From positions 1,260,001 through 1,292,000 of the forward strand of contig NC_006576.1 of NCBI RefSeq assembly GCF_000010065.1: a stretch of 32,000 bases of DNA. Direction: 5' to 3'. Position numbers and translations under genes: made by a program. This DNA comes from Synechococcus elongatus PCC 6301 (GTDB lineage Bacteria; Cyanobacteriota; Cyanobacteriia; Synechococcales; Synechococcaceae). This document shows positions 17,211-25,811 of the stretch, in pieces. The first letter of the stretch is position 1. The number at the start of each line of letters is the position of its first letter. The notes under the pieces are model-generated. The model was not told the DNA's origin and did not search any database. It saw only the letters and a list, made by a program, of their open reading frames with translations.

Positions 17211-18002
17211 CTAGGTCGCGACTTGAATGGGCCCGTCGATGCGACCACTCAGGAATTGACGCACGTAGATGTTATCAGTCTCGTCCAGCGCTGCGGCAGT
17301 TCCCTGCCAACAGACTTGGCCGCGATAGAGCAGAATCAGGCGATCGGCGGTGCGACGAGTCGTGCTTTCTTGGTGCGTGACCACCACGTAGGAGGCCTGG
17401 GGTTGCTGCTGCTTGAGACTGCGCATCAGGTCTTCGACCACAGTGGAGGCGATCGGGTCGAGGCCTGCCGTCGGTTCATCGTAGAGAATCAGCGATCGCC
17501 CACCGGACTCTTCCAGCAGGGTACTGATGATCGCTCGGGCAAAACTAACGCGTTTGCGCATGCCTCCCGACAGTTCAGATGGCATCAGATGAGCAATGTT
17601 GGGCAGCCCTACACTGTCGAGGCTGCAAGCAACGTAGTGCTCAATTTCAGCAGGGCTGAGGCGGGTGTGCTGGTAAAGATAAAAGCCCACATTTTCACCC
17701 ACGGTCAACGAATCAAACAGCGCCGCTTGCTGAAAGACCAAGTTGATCGGGAAGGGATTGGGCTGTTCGGTAATCGGAGCGGTACGCTGCTGACCTGCTA
17801 CCCAGACTTCTCCCGAGTCCGGCAAGATCAAGCCGCTAATAATGCGCAGAATGGTTGACTTACCCGTCCCCGAGGGGCCAAGAATGCCGATCGCCTCTCC
17901 GGGATAGATGCTGAGGTCTACCCCGTCTAGCACCATTTGCTTGCCAAAGGCCTTACGGACATTGCGCAGTTCGACTAGCGGCTCAGCATCACGGCTCGAC
18001 AT
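17211..18002 (-). CDS. ABC transporter ATP-binding protein (MlaF/TGD3-like)
   Basis: Walker A GPSGTGKST, signature LSGGMRKRV, Walker B LILYDEPTAGLD. ATG 18002 (MSSRDAEPLVELRNVRKAFG) is chosen; the 45 codons further upstream look non-coding. Confidence 0.85.
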   Translation of the reverse strand: MSSRDAEPLVELRNVRKAFGKQMVLDGVDLSIYPGEAIGILGPSGTGKSTILRIISGLILPDSGEVWVAGQQRTAPITEQPNPFPINLVFQQAALFDSLTVGENVGFYLYQHTRLSPAEIEHYVACSLDSVGLPNIAHLMPSELSGGMRKRVSFARAIISTLLEESGGRSLILYDEPTAGLDPIASTVVEDLMRSLKQQQPQASYVVVTHQESTTRRTADRLILLYRGQVCWQGTAAALDETDNIYVRQFLSGRIDGPIQVAT

Positions 18003-18432
18003 CAGCGTAGGGGCAAAGATTGCCCATATTTTAGGGAAGGTCGCAGCGATGCGCGGCCACCTGGCTGACTCCCCTGTGCACCAGCCCATTTTTAGTGGAG
18101 CGATTAGGAGAATTCGCAACGGGGCAATTTCAATCAATTCCTGTTATCAACAGAGGGGCACTGCCAAGCGCAGGGCGATTACCTGCTCCACAGTGCTGGC
18201 AGTGATGTTTCAAAAGTGATCCGTCGCTTCGACAGGTCACGATGCTGCACGTACGATCAAGAGCGTGGGCGGCTGTCTGCCATCCTGCTTTGAGGTGCAG
18301 CTGGGGCTATCGGTGCTGGACTGCAGTGCACCCCTCTCTTCTGAGGGCAGGGAGAATCAAACGGCGGCGATCGCTCCGAGTTTCTCTCCCAACGTGCAAG
18401 GAGAGACTGTCAATACAAACAAAGGCTAGGCA

Positions 18433-18999
18433 TTGTCTGTGGATAAAGTTGTTCTCCAGCAAATTGCGACCCAGTTTCGGCTCTTGGGCTGGGGGGCTTT
18501 TTGGGTCCAGGTCACCCTAGCAGTCGTCACCTTCGGGGTGTTGATGTTCAACAACTTGGGGCGGGCACTCACCCGCGATCGCATCATTGGTCTGGGTCCT
18601 GGCCTATCGCTGACATCACTGGCCTTGGTTGTTTTGGCTTACACCACTTACCACGCCTTTCGCTACGTCAAGCTGGGTCAGCGCCTCAATGGGGACCCGT
18701 TGCGCCGTCCTGGCCGGGTTGAAACCCGAAATTTTGTAGTGCGGGGCATTTGGGCCAACGTTGCCGGTCTGTTGTTATCCGTGATGGGCTATCAAGCCTT
18801 GGCGGGCAGTCTGACGTTCCAGGCATCGATGCAGCAGCCGGGCTTTACAGGCCTGAACAACACCATGGGGAACAACGCGATTACATCGCTGGAAATGTTC
18901 TCCATGCTCTCTAACACCCAAGTCCTGACAGGACATGTGGTCTCCCTCCTTGTCAGTCTTTGGCTGCTGCGGATTCTCTCGCCCAGTACCAGTAGCTAA
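18433..18999 (+). CDS. Four-TM membrane protein, DUF3611 (TIC21/PIC1-like) family from memory
   Basis: 188 aa with FRLLGWGAFWVQVTLAVVTFGVLMF. An in-frame TAG at 18427-18429 limits the start to TTG 18433 or GTG 18439, so the start codon is non-ATG. Confidence 0.65.
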   Translation: MSVDKVVLQQIATQFRLLGWGAFWVQVTLAVVTFGVLMFNNLGRALTRDRIIGLGPGLSLTSLALVVLAYTTYHAFRYVKLGQRLNGDPLRRPGRVETRNFVVRGIWANVAGLLLSVMGYQALAGSLTFQASMQQPGFTGLNNTMGNNAITSLEMFSMLSNTQVLTGHVVSLLVSLWLLRILSPSTSS

Positions 19000-19113
19000 G
19001 TCAGCGCGAGCCTTTGAGGACACCCTTCGCTAGTCCTCGAATGGTTGGGCTGCGATCGCCCGTAGTGATCGAAGAGCCGTGTAATAACATAGAGGCCACT
19101 CCCCGAGACCCCT

Positions 19114-20184
19114 ATGGCTAGCAAATCTGACGCGATCGCTCCAGAGAAGGAAAAAGCCCTAAATCTCGTGCTCAGTCAGATTGAGCGCAATTTCGGCAAG
19201 GGGGCAATCATGCGCCTTGGCGATGCGGCTCGACTGCGGGTCGAAACGATTTCCACGGGTGCGCTGACGCTTGATTTAGCCCTGGGCGGCGGTCTACCCA
19301 AGGGGCGGATTATCGAGGTCTACGGCCCTGAAAGCTCGGGTAAAACTACGCTCACGCTCCACGCGATCGCAGAAGTCCAAAAGCAGGGTGGGATCGCCGC
19401 TTTTGTAGACGCGGAGCATGCTCTCGACCCGGTTTACGCCACCTCCGTAGGGGTGGACATTGACAATCTGCTGATCTCGCAGCCTGACACCGGCGAGATG
19501 GCCCTCGAGATTGTCGACCAGCTCGTGCGATCGGCCGCCGTCGATATCGTCGTGATCGACTCGGTGGCAGCCCTCGTTCCCCGTGCCGAAATTGAAGGGG
19601 AAATGGGCGACGCCCAAGTGGGTCTGCAGGCTCGCCTGATGAGCCAAGCGATGCGGAAAATTACAGGCAACATCGGCAAATCGGGTTGCACGGTTATCTT
19701 CCTCAACCAATTGCGCCAAAAAATCGGTGTCACCTACGGCAGCCCCGAGACCACCACAGGCGGTCAGGCCCTGAAGTTCTATGCGTCCGTCCGCTTAGAT
19801 ATTCGCCGCATTCAAACCCTGAAGAAGGGCACAGAAGAGTACGGCACCCGTGCCAAGGTCAAGGTCGTCAAGAACAAAGTGGCACCGCCCTTCCGCATTG
19901 CTGAGTTCGACATTCTCTTCGGCAAGGGCATTTCTACCCTCGGTTGCCTGGTGGACTTGGCGGAAGAAACCGGCGTCATCCTGCGCAAAGGCGCCTGGTA
20001 CAGCTACAACGGCGACAACATCGGCCAAGGGCGCGACAACACAATCACCCACTTGGAAGAGCATCCTGACTTCCGGGCAACGGTCGAACAGCAGGTGCGC
20101 GAAAAATTGGCCCTCGGGGCTCAAGTTTCGGCCAACACAGTCGGGGCAGCGCCTGCCAAAACCGCTGAAGACACCGACAGCTAA
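19114..20184 (+). CDS. recA: Recombinase RecA
   Basis: [23 protein letters not shown], and full-length RecA similarity over 356 aa. Confidence 0.97.
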   Translation: MASKSDAIAPEKEKALNLVLSQIERNFGKGAIMRLGDAARLRVETISTGALTLDLALGGGLPKGRIIEVYGPESSGKTTLTLHAIAEVQKQGGIAAFVDAEHALDPVYATSVGVDIDNLLISQPDTGEMALEIVDQLVRSAAVDIVVIDSVAALVPRAEIEGEMGDAQVGLQARLMSQAMRKITGNIGKSGCTVIFLNQLRQKIGVTYGSPETTTGGQALKFYASVRLDIRRIQTLKKGTEEYGTRAKVKVVKNKVAPPFRIAEFDILFGKGISTLGCLVDLAEETGVILRKGAWYSYNGDNIGQGRDNTITHLEEHPDFRATVEQQVREKLALGAQVSANTVGAAPAKTAEDTDS

Positions 20185-20259
20185 GTTGCTGCAGTCATCG
20201 TAACGATTTTTCTCAGCCTCCGGCAGGATTCGTCCGCCTGGGAGTTGAGGAAACTCACG

Positions 20260-20294
20260 GCAGCTCTAGCAGTCAGCACTGACTCTAGGGCTGC
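20260..20294. other. Strong imperfect palindrome/stem-loop between convergent recA and the small basic ORF
   Basis: GCAGCTCTAGcAGTCA-gcac-TGACTCTAGGGCTGC gives 15 bp with one bulge and one G-U, and a 4-nt loop. There is no U-tract on either strand, so it is not a canonical intrinsic terminator. Confidence 0.4.
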
Positions 20295-20429
20295 TCAGTA
20301 ATTCCCATCAGAGAAGCCACAGCTACCTCTCCGTTCCCTGCACAGCAAAAGTCCCCGATCGCTGACCGAGGACTCGACTTTTTGGCAGTAATTAGAGTTC
20401 AGGCGTCGGCACTGCGATCGCGGCTGAAT

Positions 20430-20594
20430 CTAGGCTGCTTCGCTGGTTTCGTTGCCTTTTTCTTCGTTGTTTTGGCTGTTGGCGAACGGAGACGGGCGGC
20501 GGCCACGGCTGCGCAGGTTCCGCTTACGGAACTTACGGGCGTAGGCTTCGTTACGTAGAGCTTTTTCTTTTTTCAGGTTGCGGCGCTTCGCCAT
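20430..20594 (-). CDS. Small highly basic protein (54 aa), function unknown
   Basis: MAKRRNLKKEKALRNEAYARKFRKRNLRSRGRRPSPF... 16 of the first 33 residues are K/R. GAGAGG lies 5 nt upstream of ATG 20594. The track ORF extends to 20630. Confidence 0.45.
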   Translation of the reverse strand: MAKRRNLKKEKALRNEAYARKFRKRNLRSRGRRPSPFANSQNNEEKGNETSEAA

Positions 20595-20750
20595 GGTGAC
20601 CTCTCGCGAAAGAACGGTGCGGACTGTCAAACAAAACCGACAGGGGCAAGGGGCTTAGACAGTGGCGATCGCCCAGCCATGCCCACACGAACGCAGAATG
20701 ACAATCTTACCACCGTTGTCGACTGACTGCACGGCCTCGAATCGTTCCCG

Positions 20751-21530
20751 CTAGCGGCGATCGCCCGCTTGGCTGACAATGCCGGACCATTGCACTTGAC
20801 GTTGATTGCTGCGGCGATAGGAGAAGAAATGGGCTTCGTCCTGGAAGGTGCAGTGCGGCGCGATCGAGATTTGGGCATCGCTGAGCCCTAGTTGCAACAG
20901 CTGGTGTCGATTGACTTGGCGCACATCCAAGCGCAGGCGATCGGCTGCGGAATCAGGCAAGACTGCCGGAGTTGATCCTGTCAGAAAGGCTTGGGGATCG
21001 GTCAGCTCCGGCGCTAACGACTGCAGGGTCTGGAGAGCGACTTGCGGCTCGACTTGGTAGACCTCACCCGCGATCGCAGGGCCAAGGGCGACACGCAGAT
21101 CTTCGGGTTGGCTGCCTTGGGCTAGCAACTGCTGAACCGCAATGCGCAGGACGCCCGCCGCCGTGCCTCGCCAGCCCGCATGCACTGCTGCAACACTGCC
21201 CTGTTTGAGATCAGCGACGAGTGCTGGTGTGCAATCAGCCGAACAGACCCAGAGAGATTGACCAGCCGCCTCACTGTAGAGGCCATCCGCTTCGGACAGG
21301 GGTGAAGCAGAGTGCGGCGCGATCGTTGCCGGCAAAACTTTATTGCCATGGACTTGCTTGACCCGATGCACCGAGGCTTGGGGATTGAGCAACGGTTGCA
21401 ACTGATGCGGTTCAGCTGGCGCAAAAGTACGAGTAAAAAAACCATGCTCAAAGTCAGCTAGCAGTTGGCAACGGAGATAGGTGCCAGTGGCTGTTGCCTG
21501 CCAGAACCAAGGGTTAGCATCTGCGATCAT
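20751..21530 (-). CDS. pgeF: YfiH/PgeF (DUF152, laccase-domain) protein
   Basis: FFTR, VKQVHGNKV, VCSADCTP and VAAVHAGWRGTAAGV motifs. Confidence 0.85.
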   Translation of the reverse strand: MIADANPWFWQATATGTYLRCQLLADFEHGFFTRTFAPAEPHQLQPLLNPQASVHRVKQVHGNKVLPATIAPHSASPLSEADGLYSEAAGQSLWVCSADCTPALVADLKQGSVAAVHAGWRGTAAGVLRIAVQQLLAQGSQPEDLRVALGPAIAGEVYQVEPQVALQTLQSLAPELTDPQAFLTGSTPAVLPDSAADRLRLDVRQVNRHQLLQLGLSDAQISIAPHCTFQDEAHFFSYRRSNQRQVQWSGIVSQAGDRR

Positions 21531-21575
21531 GGCAATTGACTTGAGCCGTCAGAGTCCTGTCGTCCAGCCTAGCGA

Positions 21576-22346
21576 ATGGTTTGTTTGAATCTACAGCAGC
21601 AGGCCCAGCAAGCTGGGATTCGCTATCGGCTGCGGACAATCGCGGTCACCGATTCCACCAACGCCCAGCTTTGGCAGCAGGCCGATCGCCACGAGCAGGT
21701 TCTGATCGCCGCTCAACAGCGGGCTGGGCGCGGTCAGCAGGGCCGCAGTTGGTTATCCCCTTTGGGTGGGCTTTATCTCTCTTTGGGCCTGGATTTAGAT
21801 CTGCCCCTCAGCGAGTCGGCTCGCCTGATATTTGGTGCCGCTTGGGGCGTTGCACAGTCGCTGCGATCGCAGGTTCCAGTTCAGTTGAAATGGCCCAATG
21901 ATCTCGTGCTCGACGATCGCAAGCTGGGCGGCATACTGGTTGAGACTCGGAGTCAGGGCGATCGCCTGCGCGAGGCGGTGATTGGCCTCGGGCTGAATGG
22001 ATCCAATCCTGTGCCTGAGACTGGCATTGCCCTCCAGTCTGTTTCGACCGCTTGGGCAGACCTACCTGATTTAGCGATCGCGGTACTCCAAGGCCTCCAG
22101 ACCGGCTTGGATCAATGGTTGGCAGATGATTGGGAAACCTTGATTCCTCTCTACGATCAATGGCTCTACCGCCGTAGCGATCGCTTAACTTGGCAGGGCC
22201 AGATTGTGACCTTGCTGGGGATTGATCCCAGTGGCGGGCTTCGACTGCAGGGGCGCGATCGCCCTTGGGTCATCGTTCAGCCCGGAGACCTCAGCCTGTG
22301 GCCGTGGCAACATGATCCAAAAACTGATCCAGTGACACACCAATAA
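21576..22346 (+). CDS. birA: Biotin-[acetyl-CoA-carboxylase] ligase
   Basis: GRGQQGRSWLSPLGGLYLSL and KWPNDLVLDDRKLGGILVE. There is no N-terminal HTH, so it is the group I type. Confidence 0.85.
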   Translation: MVCLNLQQQAQQAGIRYRLRTIAVTDSTNAQLWQQADRHEQVLIAAQQRAGRGQQGRSWLSPLGGLYLSLGLDLDLPLSESARLIFGAAWGVAQSLRSQVPVQLKWPNDLVLDDRKLGGILVETRSQGDRLREAVIGLGLNGSNPVPETGIALQSVSTAWADLPDLAIAVLQGLQTGLDQWLADDWETLIPLYDQWLYRRSDRLTWQGQIVTLLGIDPSGGLRLQGRDRPWVIVQPGDLSLWPWQHDPKTDPVTHQ

Positions 22347-22430
22347 CGGGATCGAGTTTTTAGACTGGGAAAGCTTGCGAACTTTGGGACTGAGCTCTCA
22401 GAAGCAAGTGCTGATTTTGTTGAGGCTCCT

Positions 22431-23474
22431 GTGAATCGCCCGCTTTCCTTGACACTGGCTGCTTTGCTCAGCACCACCACCGTGCTGATCGGAGTTTCAG
22501 CTCCCTCGGGCCAAGCGCAGTCAGTTTCGAACCCAACAGCCACTGAAGCGCTTCCCAGCCTGCCGGAGGATCTGCGGCTCCGTCCCTCGCAGCCATCGAA
22601 CAACGACCTCGGCGAAGTGCGGTTGCGGCGCGACAACCCGGAGGCTTTTCCCCAAGTAGACCTGCGCGCCCGACTGCGATCGGCCTGTGGCAACCCCGAA
22701 TTTGCAGGAGCGCTCTCACCTCGCGAATGTCAGCAAGCGGAACGGAACAGTGAAACCGCAATCGCAACCGGTGGGGAATTACAGATCGACCCCATCACCG
22801 GCGAAGCCGTACCCAATCTGGGTCGACTCCAGCCACCTTCCACCAATCCGCTCTCTGTGGCGGTGTCTTATTTAGGACAACAACTCGGCAATACCTTGAA
22901 TGTGGCGCAGTACCTCAATCGCACAGCGCGCCCCAACGGGATTCAAAACAATGGCGATCGCCAATTACTCTTCCCCCTGACAGTTCGGGCAGCAATTAGC
23001 TCCACCTTTGGCTGGCGACTCCATCCGGTGTATGGCGAATATCGCATGCACACCGGCACAGATATTGCCGCACCCATGGGCACGCCTGTCGTCGCCGCCT
23101 TTTCTGGCACTGTTGCGATCGCAGACTTTTTGGGGGGCTACGGCCTGACGGTGGTGCTCAATCACCAAGATCCCCTCCGCGAAACCCTCTACGGTCACCT
23201 CTCAGAGATTTTTGTTCGTCCGGGCGATCGCGTGAAACAGGGCGAAGTCATTGGCCGCGTCGGTATGACTGGCACAGCTACAGGCCCCCACCTGCACTTT
23301 GAATTGAGGGAGCCCCAAGGCGGCGGCTGGGTCGCCGTCAATAGCGACAATCAACTCCAGCAGGCCTTGGGGGGAATTTTTGCAACGCTGCAGGGCTCAG
23401 AAAACCAAACGGATAATCAACTGGCGCTACTGCTTAGCAAACTCCTACAAGTGCTCGAACAGCCCCAAGGCTAG
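22431..23474 (+). CDS. Secreted M23-family metallopeptidase
   Basis: GTG start with GAGG 5 nt upstream. Signal-peptide-like N-terminus. HTGTDIAAPMGTPV and GPHLHFEL motifs. Confidence 0.85.
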   Translation: MNRPLSLTLAALLSTTTVLIGVSAPSGQAQSVSNPTATEALPSLPEDLRLRPSQPSNNDLGEVRLRRDNPEAFPQVDLRARLRSACGNPEFAGALSPRECQQAERNSETAIATGGELQIDPITGEAVPNLGRLQPPSTNPLSVAVSYLGQQLGNTLNVAQYLNRTARPNGIQNNGDRQLLFPLTVRAAISSTFGWRLHPVYGEYRMHTGTDIAAPMGTPVVAAFSGTVAIADFLGGYGLTVVLNHQDPLRETLYGHLSEIFVRPGDRVKQGEVIGRVGMTGTATGPHLHFELREPQGGGWVAVNSDNQLQQALGGIFATLQGSENQTDNQLALLLSKLLQVLEQPQG

Positions 23475-23490
23475 AGCACCCTGAAATTTG

Positions 23491-23714
23491 GTGAGGACAA
23501 TTTAATGCAATCGGATGTGCCTCAAGCCCGTAGACGGCACCGACTAGTTTTACCCGCAGCGATCGCAATTCAGTCGATCAGTCTCACCCGAAATCTCGTA
23601 GTGGGAGTCTGGGGGAGTCAAGCCCTCTAGGACGTGGGTGTGGGGTTCGCGATCACCCTCCACGGACAGTCGCTGTTAACCCTAACCAACTACCCCAAAT
23701 CAAGTTGTCCTAAC
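23491..23714 (-). repeat. Copy B of the ~224-nt dispersed intergenic element (inverted relative to copy A)
   Basis: Termini GTGAGGACAATTT (23491-23503) and AAGTTGTCCTAAC (23702-23714) are inverted repeats matching at 11 of 13 positions. Internal blocks are identical to copy A. Confidence 0.7.
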
Positions 23715-23753
23715 TAAATTGCAGGATTTTGTAGAACTGGCGCGATCGCCTGC

Positions 23754-23792
23754 AAAAAAGCGGACGGCTAGATCCCTGGGGTCAGCGTCCGC
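23754..23792 (-). terminator. Rho-independent terminator downstream of psb27
   Basis: On the minus strand: GCGGACG (23792-23786), a 19-nt loop, CGTCCGC (23766-23760), then TTTTTT (23759-23754). It starts 35 nt after the psb27 stop. Confidence 0.7.
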
Positions 23793-23826
23793 TCGCAATC
23801 TCAATTCAAAGCCAGCGAAAAGAGTC

Positions 23827-24234
23827 TTAGGCTTCGCGGTTGAGGGCCAACTCCACCATGCGGAACTCTTTCTCCAAGCGTTTTTTCAACTTCTCTGGCA
23901 CAGGGCGATTGGGATAAGAGCTGTAGTGGCCGGCCAAGCTATTCAAGGCTGTTTGCATCGTCGTGAAGGATGACAGACCCGAAACGCGACTATCACGACG
24001 GTAACGCGCAGCAAAGTCATTGATCAGCTGACGCGCCTCAGCTTGAGCGGCGCTTTTTTCTGGGGCATCGTCGGGTAGCGTGATTGCATTGCGCAGGCTG
24101 GTCACGACGGCGAGGGTGTCCTGACGATAGTTGCCGCTGATTGCTGAATCACCACCACCAGTACAAGCCGTTAAGCCAATCACGGCAACGAGCACGATCG
24201 CAAACAGGCGTGCGAGAGGGCGGGCCATAGGCAC
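23827..24234 (-). CDS. psb27: Photosystem II assembly lipoprotein Psb27
   Basis: Lipobox LTAC after a signal peptide. YRQDTLAVVTSLR ... LINDFAARYRRD ... ALNSLAGHYSSY. Confidence 0.9.
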   Translation of the reverse strand: MPMARPLARLFAIVLVAVIGLTACTGGGDSAISGNYRQDTLAVVTSLRNAITLPDDAPEKSAAQAEARQLINDFAARYRRDSRVSGLSSFTTMQTALNSLAGHYSSYPNRPVPEKLKKRLEKEFRMVELALNREA

Positions 24235-24291
24235 TCCAGGAAGAGTCAGGAATTTTTCTTATCCTATCCCGCAGCGGCAAAGGGTCTGGTA

Positions 24292-24519
24292 CTAAGAAGC
24301 GGGGGAGTCAGGCGACTGGAGCAAGTGTTCGTGACTGACTTTGAGCTTGTCCCAAAGTCCTCTGATGCGGGCGTAGGCTTGCTCCTGGCTCAGTTTGCCG
24401 TTGGACTGTAGGCCCACAATGATTCCGACCTGTTCAGCAAACTCTTCGAGGTTGTTGTGAAAGGCAGCGGCTTGAGGCGTCCAGGGCTCACCGCGATAGC
24501 GTTGACGGGGATAGAGCAT
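24292..24519 (-). CDS. Conserved small hypothetical protein (75 aa from ATG 24519)
   Basis: MLYPRQRYRGEPWTPQAAAFHNNLEEFAEQVGIIVGLQSNGKLSQEQAYARIRGLW resembles a small cyanobacterial family. Alternative starts are ATG 24627 and TTG 24660. Confidence 0.55.
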   Translation of the reverse strand: MLYPRQRYRGEPWTPQAAAFHNNLEEFAEQVGIIVGLQSNGKLSQEQAYARIRGLWDKLKVSHEHLLQSPDSPAS

Positions 24520-24676
24520 ACGGGCACAACCTTGGCCAGTAAGCTGGCAGTTCGAAGGCTTTTGCCACAGTCTTAGCAAGAGATGCAGCACTTCATTTGT
24601 CGCATACACCACTTTTAGCGTGACCATCTGGCACAATCGCCAACTCCAGAAACGCTTCAATGTCTCGAGGTTTTGC

Positions 24677-25249
24677 TCAAAGTAGACTGGAGTCGGTACG
24701 GCAAGCTGGTGAAGCCTTTACTTTTTGCCACAGCGCAACTCCACCGCCACGACCGCGAGCTGCGATTACCGTTGGTGTGACAGAAAAATAGTGAAAAAAC
24801 GGCAGTTTCGGACGGGGACGCTGCTGTAAGCGATCGCTCAGCCTTGAGATAGCAGCAGCACCTCCCAAGCGACCTTGAACCAGCAGGCGATCGCCCCAAG
24901 CCAGTTGCCACTGTTCAAAGTCAAACCAGAGCAAATTCCGGCCAACTTCAAACTGACAAGGCCCCCGAAAACGAAAGCGCATCGCGCCAAGGCAAATCTG
25001 ATTGGTGATTTGACCGCTTTCGGCCTCGATCCAGCGATATTCCAACGTCGCCGGCAAGAAGGCAGGCCAGCGCCACAGGCGACCCGTTTTGTTGAGTCCG
25101 GCTTGCAGTTGCCATAGGCCTTCCAGATCCGCCGAGGTAATCGCGGGGCGTTGCGATCGCGCTTGCCGTTCGCTCGCCAACAGTTGCTCAGCCAAGGCGG
25201 CTGCATCGGATTGAAGAAGGGCTTCCCAGTCAGGCGCGATCGCGGTCAT
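24677..25249 (-). CDS. Hypothetical protein, PAP/fibrillin-like (tentative)
   Basis: About 190 aa. The C-terminal FFHYFSVTPTVIAARGRGGGVALW resembles fibrillin C-termini. ATG 25249 (TTG 25255 is the track start) overlaps the 3' end of the CPBP gene by 20 nt. Confidence 0.6.
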   Translation of the reverse strand: MTAIAPDWEALLQSDAAALAEQLLASERQARSQRPAITSADLEGLWQLQAGLNKTGRLWRWPAFLPATLEYRWIEAESGQITNQICLGAMRFRFRGPCQFEVGRNLLWFDFEQWQLAWGDRLLVQGRLGGAAAISRLSDRLQQRPRPKLPFFHYFSVTPTVIAARGRGGGVALWQKVKASPACRTDSSLL

Positions 25250-25811
25250 GCTCAACTTTCCACCAGAGGGCTGAGCCCCAGTTAATACAGATGTGGGCAG
25301 TAATCGGCAGCAGCAGATTGCCGGTTTCGACGGCGGTCCAGCCGAGGATCAGGCCGACCCCTGTGGCCATCAGGGCATAGGGCCATTGGTTGCGGCCGCC
25401 CAGATGCAGACTGCCAAACAGCAAACTACTGATCAAAATGCCTTGCCAGTTCAGACCGATCGCCGGTAGAGCAACACCCCGGAACAACAGCTCTTCGCTG
25501 AGCCCGGGCAACAAGCCAATCCAGAGCAGATCGGCCCAAGTCAGCGGCTGCAGCACGATCGCCAAGTAAAAATCGCTGCTGTGGCGATAGCCCGGCCAAA
25601 GTTGATAGCAGAGCCGACTGAGCAGCACAACGCCCAGTGCAATTCCTAGACCGGCGATCGCCAGCTCCGGTTGCCAACGCCAGGGTAACTGGGGAATGGC
25701 ACCGACTCGCTGCCAGAGCTTGGCGCCAATCAGCAAAGCGATCGCTGTACAGGCCACTGCCAGCAAAATCTGTTGACGACTCAAAGCATCTTCGGGAGCA
25801 GGACTCGTCAT
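25230..25811 (-). CDS. CPBP-family (CAAX/Abi) intramembrane glutamic endopeptidase
   Basis: SEELLFRG, FGSLH and HICINW motifs in a 6-TM-like profile. The start overlaps the upstream stop as ATGA. Confidence 0.85.
   Translation of the reverse strand: MTSPAPEDALSRQQILLAVACTAIALLIGAKLWQRVGAIPQLPWRWQPELAIAGLGIALGVVLLSRLCYQLWPGYRHSSDFYLAIVLQPLTWADLLWIGLLPGLSEELLFRGVALPAIGLNWQGILISSLLFGSLHLGGRNQWPYALMATGVGLILGWTAVETGNLLLPITAHICINWGSALWWKVEHDRDRA

Noticed and set aside
17223-17858. 211-aa plus-strand ORF antisense to the ABC ATPase. There are also antisense ORFs over recA (19294-19719, 19434-19733, 19795-20124) and over the FIST gene (7160-7744, 7263-7610).
   Set aside because: Each is opposite a well-supported gene and has no motifs, so these are shadow ORFs.
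18003-18137. 45-codon N-terminal extension of the ABC ATPase ORF (MIEIAPLRILLIAPLKMGWC...).
   Set aside because: ABC ATPases of this type begin a few residues before the LVELRNVRKAFG strand. The extension has no family resemblance.
18242-18520. 92-aa plus-strand ORF in the long intergenic region upstream of the DUF3611 gene. There is also a 103-aa ORF at 17908-18219.
   Set aside because: Both are Arg/Cys/Trp-rich with non-protein-like composition. They overlap better-supported genes or leader structure, and neither has an SD.
19000-19113. Looked for a LexA/SOS box or NtcA-type GTA-N8-TAC site upstream of recA.
   Set aside because: No convincing palindromic operator was seen by eye. A GAGGAC-11 nt-GTCCTC dyad sits about 10-33 nt after the stop of the upstream DUF3611 gene, but it has no U-tract, so I left it uncalled.
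20347-20383. AAAAGTCC ... GGACTCGACTTTTT, considered as a possible bidirectional terminator between recA and the small basic ORF.
   Set aside because: The stem is only 4-7 bp with an irregular interior. It is too weak to list as a feature.
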